Source: Pedosphaera sp.
GTDB lineage: Bacteria > Verrucomicrobiota > Verrucomicrobiia > Limisphaerales > SIBH01
DNA: 23,036 nt
NCBI GenBank assembly: GCA_031414955.1
Contig: JANOQV010000115.1
Span: forward strand, 1 to 23,036
Reading direction: 5' to 3'
Position 1 is the first letter of the stretch. Every line of letters starts with the position of its first letter. A model generated the notes under the pieces. The model saw only the letters and a list, made by a program, of their open reading frames with translations, ran no database searches and had not been told where the DNA came from. Of this stretch, positions 16,601-23,036 are shown piece after piece. Made by a program: the position numbers and the translations under genes.

Positions 16601-19600
16601 CTGGATGAAGCTGCCGGCAAAGGAGTGCTGGGAGGTGTAATAATAGGTGATGCCGTTGCAGGAGAGATCACCGATCCGACCGTCGCCATTGACGTTCAGA
16701 TAAACGATCACGTCGTAGTTGCCGGGCCGGACGTTGTTGAAGATGTAGGTGTTCTGATTGTTGGCGCCAAAGGACTTGCTGATGCCCTTGTAGAGCTTCT
16801 CGTTCGGGCTGGTGGATGCGCCGTCGTTGTTCCAGGCGTCGTTCGCATTGTAGGTCAGCGTGACCAGCGTGCCCACCCCATTCAAGTCATTGAGCGGACC
16901 GCTGACGCCGTTGAAGACAGCGTCGTTGACGATGTTGTTCCAGTTGCCCTGCGCGGCCACACCGGCCACGTCCGTCGGGGCGAGAGTGGAGCATGCCGGG
17001 GCGCAATCACCGCGACCGGTGAAGCTGACAGCCAGTTGCGACTGGGACGAGGCTGGCGCGAGCTGGAAGCCCGCGATGCCGACGCCATCCGCGTCGCCGC
17101 GATTGATGAAACTGACGGCCAGCTTGTTCAGGGCGTCGGGCGAAACCGAGAGGAAACGCACGTAGTTGCCGGTGTCGCGCACGGCACCGGGACTGGTGTT
17201 CGTGATCTGGAGGAAGCTGCCCCCGAAGGCGTGCTGGGAGGTGAAATAATAAGTCTGACCACCGCAGGAGATGTCACCGATGCGGCCGTCCCCGTTCACG
17301 TTGAGATACACCACCAAGTCATACTTGCCAGGAGGCACATCGTTGAAGGTGTAGATGTTCTGACGATCCGTTCCGTTGGCCTTGCTAATGCCCTTGAACA
17401 ACTGCTCGTTGCCGCTGCCGGAGGGGCCGTCGTTGTTCCAAGAGTCATTGGCGTCGTAGGTCAGAGTGACCGTCGTCGAGGCACCGCTGGAACTGTTTAG
17501 CGGAGCCGAGGTGCCGTTGAACACGCCACTATTGTCGATGTTGTTCCAGTTGGCCTGCGCGAGCAAACCAGCCGCCGTGGCGGGCGCGAGAGTCGAGCAA
17601 CCAGGGGCGCAATCACCGCGACCGGTGAAGCTGACCGCCACCTGGGCCGGCGCTGCCGCCTGAATGATCTGAAGGCCAGAGATGCCGTTGCCATCGGGCA
17701 CGGAACGGTTCACAGCGGTGACAACAATATTACCCGATTGATCCGGACTGACGTAGAGGAACTTGACGTAGTTGGCCACGGTGCGCGTGCCGCTCGGACT
17801 GGTGTTGACGCTCTCGATGAAGGTGCCGCCGAACTGATGCTGCTCGGTCAGGTAGTTGGTCACGCCGCCGACGATGATGTCCTGGTTGCGCCCGTCACCA
17901 TTGACGTTGCAATAGACATACACGTTGTAGCGGCCGGGGGGCACGTTGTTAAAGGTGTAGGTGGCGGCAGTGTCAACATTCTGCTGCTTGCTGATGCCCT
18001 TCATCATCCGCTCGTTGCCCGGGTTGGAGGGACCATCATTGTTCCAGGAATCATTGGCCAGGTAAGTCAGGGTGACCGTGGTGGGAGTGCCGTTGCCGTT
18101 GTTGAGCGGCCCGGCGACGCCGCTGTTGGCAGCGCTGTTGTCGGCGTTGTTCCAGTTTCCTTGGGCAAGAACACCCGCGAGTTCGCTCGGAGCCATGATG
18201 GCATGCGGGCCGCAGCAGGGGTCGCCGCGACCGGTGAAGCTGACGGCAATGCGGCCGGAATGATCCACCACGGTCAAGGTGGCCACACGGCTGTTAATCG
18301 GAGTGCCCAAGGCATCCGTGACCGTCACCTGGAAAGCGCGTCCGCTGTCGGCAAAGGTCACGCTGTTCAGAGTGTAGCTGGAGCCTGTGCCGGAGGGATC
18401 AACCACCCCATTGGTAAGCCACTGGTAGGTGTAAGGGGCATTGCCGGAAATGACCCCGACAGAGAAGGTGGCATTTTGACCGACCGGCAGAATGACATCG
18501 GCCGGCTGGTTGAGGTTGGCGAAGCGGAACGGCGTGACCGTCAAGACCGCCGTGCGGCTGGAGACGATGGTGGCCGTGGAGTCCGTGGCCTGGACCTGGA
18601 AGGTTCTCCCGTTATCTCCGGCGACGATCCCGCTATAAACGTAGGTGGAGGCCACGCCCGCCGTGGTGTCCGCCACGCCGTTGGTGAACCATTGATAGGT
18701 GACAGCGCCCACGCCATCAACTGTGCTGGCGATGAAGGTGGCACTCTGGGTGGTGTCGCGAGTGGCATCCTGGGGTTGATTGACGATGCGGAAGGCACCG
18801 GGGTCTGCCGGAATCAACTGCAGGCCGTTCATGATGCCGCGGAAGGACTCAGAGCGACAATCAATCGTGATGGTGCCGCCAATGGCCTGCACATTGTCAA
18901 ACTGAACGTAGTTGCCCACGTCGCGGGCGTTCGGGTTGGTGCTGACGGCCCGACGGAACGCAGGAACACCCAGCCAGTCACCTTCACCTTCGTGCGTGAT
19001 GTGCAAGGTGTTGATGGTGTCGGCATTGATGGTGTAGCCATTGTCCTGGCGGCCGTCCTGCACGTTGTAAATGATCAGCTTGTAGGCGCCATCCGGAACA
19101 TTGTTCAGGAAGAGAGGGCGGTAATTGCCATCATTGGAGATGCCGAGATACCCGTTGAGCATCTTGTAATTGGGATCGCCCGTGGCTGGGTCATCCGTGC
19201 CGCTGCCCCAAGACTCGTCGGCCTGGAAGGAAATCGTCACCGGGGTCACCGCGCCCAAGTAATCATTCAGCGGGACATTGACGGCGGTGTTGCCATTGAT
19301 GTTCTTCCAATTGGGGAGCGCCACCACGCCGGCCGCATCGGTCGGCAGCAACTGGGTGGGAGCAAGGGCAGCATTGCCGCCCTCAAAGTTGACCGAGATG
19401 GAATTCCTAGGAATCACCGTGAGGGTGGCAATGGCCGAGCGGGTGGTAACAGTTCCCAAGCCGTTGCTGATGACGGCCTTGTATTGAGATCCGCTGGCCG
19501 CGGCCCGAAGCGGAGAGGTGAAGTAATTCAAGGCCGTGGCACCGGGGATGATCACGTTATTGGAATACCACTGCACCGAGTAAGGCGGCAGGCCATCCAC

Positions 19601-22600
19601 GCCCACGTAGAAGGCCAGGCGGGGGGCGGGCAATTCCGGGCCCGAAGCGTCGGCCGGTTCCTGAACGATGCTGACCGCACCGAGCGAGAAGGCATTGATG
19701 CAGAGATCATCGATCCAGGCATTTTCATTGGCACCGCCGGTGCGAGCACCGAATCCGAAGTTCGCACCGACGAACGGGGTGTAACCGGGCAGTTGGAGGT
19801 TCTGGAAAATGATCTGATCCCTGTAATACAGGTCGAGCTTGCCATCGGGAGCGATGCTGATGAGCACGTTGACAAAGGTGTTGGAAGTATCGAGCGAGAG
19901 CGCGTTGCCATTCGCATCGTAAACGAAAGGCGTGGCCAACGGACGCGCATCCTCGCGGTTGCCGGCCATGGATTGCACGGCCACGACGGCACCGTGGTAG
20001 CGCACTTCAATCGCCGGCGCGGTGTCGGGAGCGGCGTTGTCCCAAGTGTCAAAGGTAATGGTGAGGCCACTTCCAAAGCCTTCTTCGCCATAGGTCGAGC
20101 CTGCGGTGATGCTTGAGTCCACGTTGAAGCTCATGCCATCCGCATAGCGAGTGCCGCAGCAAGTGCCGCCACCGAGTTGGGTCTTGAATTTTACGAGGAG
20201 GCGATCGACCGGAAACCCGCCATTCGGGTCGGCGACGAAGAAATTGCCTTGGAGACCGTTCGCGGCGTCCGTGAGATGCAAGAACCCGCCCGACACCGCC
20301 GTGCTGCCGAGAGCCGAAGAACCCACCGGCACGAGGTTGTCATCAAAATTAGCGCAGAACGAACCATAGCCGTGGTGGAAGGCCACGTCTGTCGGGTTCG
20401 GCAGGAGAACGCTGCCCGGGTCTCCTTCGCTGTTCACATCGCTGATGCTCAGGATATAGGTAAGATTCACCGTCAGGGCAGCGTCGGTCGTGATGACCAC
20501 TTCCTTATGATTGGCCCCGTAGGCGCGCGACCCTTCGAAGGCACCATTGTTGAAATCGTAGAAAGGCGGGCCTAAATTCGGCCCCAAATCCACATTGCGG
20601 GTGTAAACAACCTTCACCTTGTCAGTCCCCGAACTGGAGACAGAAACCACGCGAGGGCTAACATCGACACCCAGAACCGCGTTGGAACTTGTGACTGAAC
20701 TAAACTCGTTGCTGGCCACGACAGAATAGAGGCGGCCTTGGTAGGCCTCCGTCACCGGCGGCGTGGTGTAGCTGGGAGTGGTGGCACCGGCTATGGCCAC
20801 GCCATTCGAATACCACTGATAAGAATAGGAAGGGCTGCCATCAACCGCAGCGGAGAAGGTGGCGGTCAGGCCTTCGAGGACAGTCTGCGAAACCGGCTCC
20901 AAGGTGAAGAAGACGGGGCCAAGGGTGAATTTGTTGATGCACACATCATCAATCCAAAAGTTGTCATTCTCACCACCGGTCCGGGCGGAGAAGACAAACG
21001 CGCCGTTGGCAATGCCCGTCCAGCCTGGAATCACCGCGCTTACCGTGTTGCCGTTGTAGGTGAACTTCGCCACACCGGCGGAATTCACCGAGGCGCTGGC
21101 GTCCACAAAGACATCTTTGCAGATAAAATTGTCGTTGCCTTCGAATGACCTCGGAATATGAAGGAAGGATCCAGGCAGTTGAGCGCCCAACCATTTGATG
21201 TCAATGCCGGTATCCGGTCCCGAGCCGCCATCCCAAGTATCAATGACAAAGCTCACACCATTGCCTTCACCTTCTTCGACCGCCACAAAGTTGCCGTCCG
21301 TCGCGAGATTGTTGGCCCAACTGAAAGTCATTCCGTCAGCGTGACCGCCCAGATCGCCGCCGATGCGCACCCGCCAGTGCGCGTCCAGCACGTTGATATT
21401 GGCGCCCAAGGTCCGGTTGGTAATGTAGAGCTTGCCGTAAGCGCCGTTGTTTCCGTCGTCGTTCAAATGAATGACGTTGTTGGTGCCCGTGCCGTCATCC
21501 GCGAGTTGCCCCGCGCCAGTGACACCATTATTGAACAAGGCCGCGCCAGCCGGCAGCGATGCGAAGTCCGAGCAGAACTCTCCAAAGCCGTGGATAAAGT
21601 TAATCGTGTTCGGATCCGGCACCGTCGGGTTGCCATTATCCTCGCGAGTCTCGCCCGTGGCCGTCAGCGTATAGATCGCGCCATCAATCAGGATGGATGT
21701 GTCCAGAACAATATCCTTGTGAGTGGCCCCATAGGACGCGGAATAGACGGAGGCCCCATTATTGAGCGTATAAGTACCGCTCAAGGCCACGAACGCCCCG
21801 AAACGAGCAAAGACACGATTGGTCCGACCGTTCGAGGAGGCAGAAACGAGGATGGTCAGGTTGTTGACGGTCAGGGTCGCGACCCGGCTGGTGACGCTCT
21901 GCGAGGTCGAGTCAGTCGCCACCAAGGCGAAGGTCCGGGCATTTTCATTCGCATTCAGCACTGGACGACTGTAGGTCTGCGTCACGTTAGAGGGATCCAC
22001 CACACCGTTGGTCAACCACTGATAGGTAACCGCGCCCGCGCCATCCACAGCACCTCCGTGGAAGCTGGCGCTGGTTCCTTCATCCGTGGTCACATCGGCC
22101 GGCTGATTGACGAAACGAAAAGCGCCGGGAGCGAGGGAAATCAGTTGAATGCCGTTCATCATGCCGCGGAAGGATTCGGAGCGGCAATCGATGGTGATGG
22201 TGCCGTTGACCGGGGCCACCTCATCGAACTGAACATAATTGCAAACATCGCGCGCGTTCGGATTGGTGCTCGTGCCACGAATCCAAGTGTCAGTGAAGGC
22301 ACCTTCAGGCATGATGCTCAAATGAGTGTTCACGCTGGCCGGGTTGACGGTGTAGCCTTGGGGCTGATTGTCACCCCGACCATTGTACATGATCAGTTTG
22401 TAGGCACCGTTCGGGACATTGTTCAAAAAGAGAGGGCGGTAATGGCCGTCGTTGGAGATGCCAAGATAGCCGTTGAGCATCTTGCGGTCGGAAGTAGCAT
22501 AGCCGGCACCACTGCCCCATGACTCGTCGGCATCAAAGTAAATCGTCACGGCAGTTGGCGTGCCACTGGAGTCATTGAGAACGGCATCGTGGACGTTGTT

Positions 22601-22807
22601 CCCAGAGACATTGTTCCAGTTGCTGCGCGGCACCACACCCGCTACTTCGGACGGAAGCAACGTGGTTGGGGTGTTCGTTCCGTCGTTACAACAACCAGGG
22701 AAGTTAATCGAAATGTCCGGTAGAGCACCGAACACGGTTGACACGACAAGGCTACTCGCGGCGATGAGAAGCGTGAATACCTTCTGACGGAGGCATGAAA
22801 TACGCAT
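10682..22807 (-). CDS. Giant secreted multi-lectin/adhesin-like surface protein (~4041 aa): PA14 x4, L-type-lectin-like x2, unnamed ~200-aa domain x6, Ig-like spacers
   Basis: A 12-kb uninterrupted ORF (open to GTG 22870). ATG 22807 is preferred because it gives a signal peptide, MRISCLRQKVFTLLIAASSLVVSTVFGA. Repeated Ig motifs 'QP....G..A.F......YQW..NG...GAT...Y', PA14 motifs 'YG..I.G.F.PP..GNY.F....DD...L.AG..YY.E...EG.GGD', and lectin motifs 'ADGM.F...EEG....DTWD...F.ARTGG.N....IDD'. Confidence 0.93.
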   Translation of the reverse strand: MRISCLRQKVFTLLIAASSLVVSTVFGALPDISINFPGCCNDGTNTPTTLLPSEVAGVVPRSNWNNVSGNNVHDAVLNDSSGTPTAVTIYFDADESWGSGAGYATSDRKMLNGYLGISNDGHYRPLFLNNVPNGAYKLIMYNGRGDNQPQGYTVNPASVNTHLSIMPEGAFTDTWIRGTSTNPNARDVCNYVQFDEVAPVNGTITIDCRSESFRGMMNGIQLISLAPGAFRFVNQPADVTTDEGTSASFHGGAVDGAGAVTYQWLTNGVVDPSNVTQTYSRPVLNANENARTFALVATDSTSQSVTSRVATLTVNNLTILVSASSNGRTNRVFARFGAFVALSGTYTLNNGASVYSASYGATHKDIVLDTSILIDGAIYTLTATGETREDNGNPTVPDPNTINFIHGFGEFCSDFASLPAGAALFNNGVTGAGQLADDGTGTNNVIHLNDDGNNGAYGKLYITNRTLGANINVLDAHWRVRIGGDLGGHADGMTFSWANNLATDGNFVAVEEGEGNGVSFVIDTWDGGSGPDTGIDIKWLGAQLPGSFLHIPRSFEGNDNFICKDVFVDASASVNSAGVAKFTYNGNTVSAVIPGWTGIANGAFVFSARTGGENDNFWIDDVCINKFTLGPVFFTLEPVSQTVLEGLTATFSAAVDGSPSYSYQWYSNGVAIAGATTPSYTTPPVTEAYQGRLYSVVASNEFSSVTSSNAVLGVDVSPRVVSVSSSGTDKVKVVYTRNVDLGPNLGPPFYDFNNGAFEGSRAYGANHKEVVITTDAALTVNLTYILSISDVNSEGDPGSVLLPNPTDVAFHHGYGSFCANFDDNLVPVGSSALGSTAVSGGFLHLTDAANGLQGNFFVADPNGGFPVDRLLVKFKTQLGGGTCCGTRYADGMSFNVDSSITAGSTYGEEGFGSGLTITFDTWDNAAPDTAPAIEVRYHGAVVAVQSMAGNREDARPLATPFVYDANGNALSLDTSNTFVNVLISIAPDGKLDLYYRDQIIFQNLQLPGYTPFVGANFGFGARTGGANENAWIDDLCINAFSLGAVSIVQEPADASGPELPAPRLAFYVGVDGLPPYSVQWYSNNVIIPGATALNYFTSPLRAAASGSQYKAVISNGLGTVTTRSAIATLTVIPRNSISVNFEGGNAALAPTQLLPTDAAGVVALPNWKNINGNTAVNVPLNDYLGAVTPVTISFQADESWGSGTDDPATGDPNYKMLNGYLGISNDGNYRPLFLNNVPDGAYKLIIYNVQDGRQDNGYTINADTINTLHITHEGEGDWLGVPAFRRAVSTNPNARDVGNYVQFDNVQAIGGTITIDCRSESFRGIMNGLQLIPADPGAFRIVNQPQDATRDTTQSATFIASTVDGVGAVTYQWFTNGVADTTAGVASTYVYSGIVAGDNGRTFQVQATDSTATIVSSRTAVLTVTPFRFANLNQPADVILPVGQNATFSVGVISGNAPYTYQWLTNGVVDPSGTGSSYTLNSVTFADSGRAFQVTVTDALGTPINSRVATLTVVDHSGRIAVSFTGRGDPCCGPHAIMAPSELAGVLAQGNWNNADNSAANSGVAGPLNNGNGTPTTVTLTYLANDSWNNDGPSNPGNERMMKGISKQQNVDTAATYTFNNVPPGRYNVYVYCNVNGDGRNQDIIVGGVTNYLTEQHQFGGTFIESVNTSPSGTRTVANYVKFLYVSPDQSGNIVVTAVNRSVPDGNGISGLQIIQAAAPAQVAVSFTGRGDCAPGCSTLAPATAAGLLAQANWNNIDNSGVFNGTSAPLNSSSGASTTVTLTYDANDSWNNDGPSGSGNEQLFKGISKANGTDRQNIYTFNDVPPGKYDLVVYLNVNGDGRIGDISCGGQTYYFTSQHAFGGSFLQITNTSPGAVRDTGNYVRFLSVSPDALNKLAVSFINRGDADGVGIAGFQLAPASSQSQLAVSFTGRGDCAPACSTLAPTDVAGVAAQGNWNNIVNDAVFNGVSGPLNDLNGVGTLVTLTYNANDAWNNDGASTSPNEKLYKGISKSFGANNQNTYIFNNVRPGNYDVIVYLNVNGDGRIGDLSCNGITYYYTSQHSFAGSFIQITNSSAAATRDTGNYVRFYNVPANGANQILLSFINRGDPDGVGIAGFQLLPGSPAIQLAASFTGRGDCAPGCSTLAPTTVAGVVAQPNWNNIDNSGVFNGVTGPLNASNGVPTTTTLVYDANDSWNNDQSPVVTGDQQMMKGISKANGANRLNTYTFKDVRPGLWDVIVLLNVNGDGRIGDFSCNGQTFYITSQHQFGGTFIPGVNTSPGGPRDVCNYVRFYGVNSGAAGRITVTMVNRGDPDGTGIAGFELVPSSAPVLLSADSRLNPNGVRLTFTVAMGASALNPANYTLDGGISVNSVSYVGTSSNLIQLATTPAFVLGNTYTVTAANVQDTASINLAPNPTSKSFLHGAGLNAAAGLTVKIYNGANSLGLLNAAIAACATPTFSSSTINERMEYTTSARGTIAEGNTFLLPNTENYGTWIYGVFVAPANGNYQFALAADDNSQIFLSSDASPANKVLIASQPAWNGYREYITSGGTVVPVTAPIALVAGRSYYMETRTQEGGGGDNVSVAVRLPGGPAIVNGTLPIPRSMFATNYSIGCPPTSFFNTLGPILITEQPVNQTVNELFAAKFYIGLDGTPAYTVQWYSNTVAVPGATSQTYNPVVNRSANGSQWFAIVANEFSSAISAVATLTVISDEVAPAILSARGSDSFTNATIVFNEPVQVSSATTLANYTITNSAGVTQNLYGVLLRDNTNVVLHTEPQTQGERYTIVLSNVADRAGIPNPVAANSTVSFSGWVFSPGFALMETYGDSGGTTIPMLLSNPLYPHYPRERFYMTTPNSRNAYPDDSHGNYGGRISGLMIPPVSGNYQFSINNDDDALLRGALTDNSGDLQDIGAQPCCSGTFRNTGPALPLTAGNRYAYQLLWKEGGGGDYAALSADGINPIPADYLAVYANPDALSLVITTDLQPEYTRIVNQSPTLTVAATVTSFDGAVRPLLYQWYSNGVAMAGATGPSHTTPPLQVVNEGDVYSCLARTPGATLLSVVSTQHVSEDIFRPYLVSVRTDETFTKIYLTWSELMTEGTAAEESSYRITDPSDNEITVIDAAYAGSNVVLNLASPMFEGTIYTVDIGFQLDLVGNPTDPVGLSLVDFDYGVVTNVSSWVASPCGGVEFSLFSGLSTGDNNIRNTLLADPRFPNNPTAIYHISGMSSRLVFPNDSVEGYGARMRGLFIPPTSGNWIFYIRSDDSSILYMNTNGPSAAGKVIVQEEAGCCGAFAGHPTAPITLVAGQGYYMEMVYKEGTGGDYAFTAARLQGQPAPTSDATDPIPGTMMGSGAAPGGIGGALNLGLQPVDTTTTENNTVTFTSTFVSPNDLPICYQWRRDNIDIPGANGPSYTTPNLTLLDNGAVFSVQASIIGAKTTSTNATLSVITDTVVPIALGARGVRSQDAIKITFNEAMASGPAVEVGNYEVTDTNGSPIVLGTPILSGDARTVTLPTAALNPGTVYNVTIGNAFLTDLAGNPLGGTNFQVTTWTVGLGSLLFEAYNTGGGNDVSILTGHPSYPNSPDFTQHIDRGDSRRAYPSDAREGYGARLSGYFVPQQTTNYTFYLRSDDASRLQLSTDSSPANLVTLTEELACCTAFSAHASASISLVAGQSYYMELLYKEGVGGDYGQVAVKRTSSPQDPNTLSTINGGFLSSLADPMGASITITQQPLSQLFPVAATPVPLLSENFNSGDGGFTVSTPQGYDAPWAYSGGSGSWIEDGQGPDNGHGNVSKLASPVVTTTAAGNVVVSFSHRYSFEFDGTAWDGGQLRVSINGGPTNTVAGSAFTQNPYNGTAVAIGSPSWTATSAGHGIGTKITSTADLGYHPAGTTIRIEFYAGNDSNTKGATPNWEIDSVDISQGSSPLNVSLSVGFTATNDYGDYNQVAYQWQQNLGGVWKNLIGQNGPTFVTVPPPGLVADYRVIVYIPGASAVSATAQVVGQFSFPWSGGILQWADEVAGPWTDVPSPINPFIYDTRLGPKKFWKVRTP
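15840..18250 (-). repeat. Four tandem intragenic repeats of ~202 aa (period 606-609 nt)
   Basis: The RGD of each SFTGRGD lies at 18229, 17620, 17014 and 16408 (spacings 609, 606, 606). Shared motifs: AG..AQ.NWNN, AND(S/A)WNND, KGISK, NVNGDGR, QH.F.G.F, NYV.F, GI.G.Q/E. Confidence 0.95.
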
Positions 22808-22975
22808 AGGTTTATGGTTGTTTGACGACGATTGCATTTGGGTCAGTGGGATTGGTATCCGAATTGTCACCTGATCGTCAATGCTTTTGTGGCGACTCCG
22901 CTAACATTCTTTTTGCAGTTCTTGCCCTACGCCTCGGCACTAAAACACTCAGAGCCGGTCTGAAAATTCGGAGGC

Positions 22976-23000
22976 GGAGTGCGCCCGTCCTCGGGCGCAG
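22976..23000 (+). repeat. REP-like hairpin with GGAG tetranucleotide
   Basis: GGAG followed by TGCGCCCG-tcct-CGGGCGCA (8-bp perfect stem) in the intergenic region upstream of the giant gene. Confidence 0.55.
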
Positions 23001-23036
23001 CCACGTGATGACGTGGAGCGCGTGGGGAAAACCCAT

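Noticed and set aside
15840..18250. Tandem repeats considered as a CRISPR array or a diversity-generating retroelement template/variable pair
   Set aside because: They are ~606-nt in-frame coding repeats diverged at many synonymous positions, not short repeat-spacer units or adenine-specific variants. No cas or reverse transcriptase gene is in the window.
10793..22522. Long plus-strand ORFs opposite the giant gene (e.g. 17738..20116, 14162..15754, 21158..22522) and similar shadows opposite other genes
   Set aside because: These are typical antisense shadow frames of high-GC coding DNA, with no motifs. The opposite strand has a clear domain structure.
22808..22881. GTG start at 22870 and a possible sigma70 promoter TTGACG-18nt-TACCAA on the minus strand
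   Set aside because: The extra 21 residues precede a good signal peptide that begins at ATG 22807. The -35 is good, but the -10 lacks the final T and the spacing is long, so the promoter is not called.

Overview
GC-rich bacterial DNA whose gene content points to Verrucomicrobiota, probably Pedosphaera-like (inference). Left edge (1-373, minus strand): the left end of an IS110-family element. It has the first 41 codons of a DEDD recombinase that the ORF track misses, and a 250-nt structured non-coding leader with IS621-like bridge-RNA architecture. The four putative guide segments can be read directly. They predict a target of about TTGCCCT-CT-CCCC, which resembles the REP-like repeat next door. 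Positions 645-6746 (+) hold a four-gene operon: a DUF1549/DUF1553 protein, a CE12-type rhamnogalacturonan acetylesterase, a DUF1501 protein and a PPC-domain protein. The minus strand carries a ~1250-aa FG-GAP/ASPIC-UnbV (CRTAC1-like) protein and, upstream behind an intrinsic terminator, a ~4040-aa secreted multi-lectin surface protein. That protein has 6 copies of a ~200-aa domain I cannot name, 2 L-type-lectin-like domains, 4 PA14 domains, many Ig-like spacers, 9 RGD tripeptides, 6 Cys-Cys pairs and a short C-terminal motif. All family assignments come from recognising motifs by eye; no searches were run.
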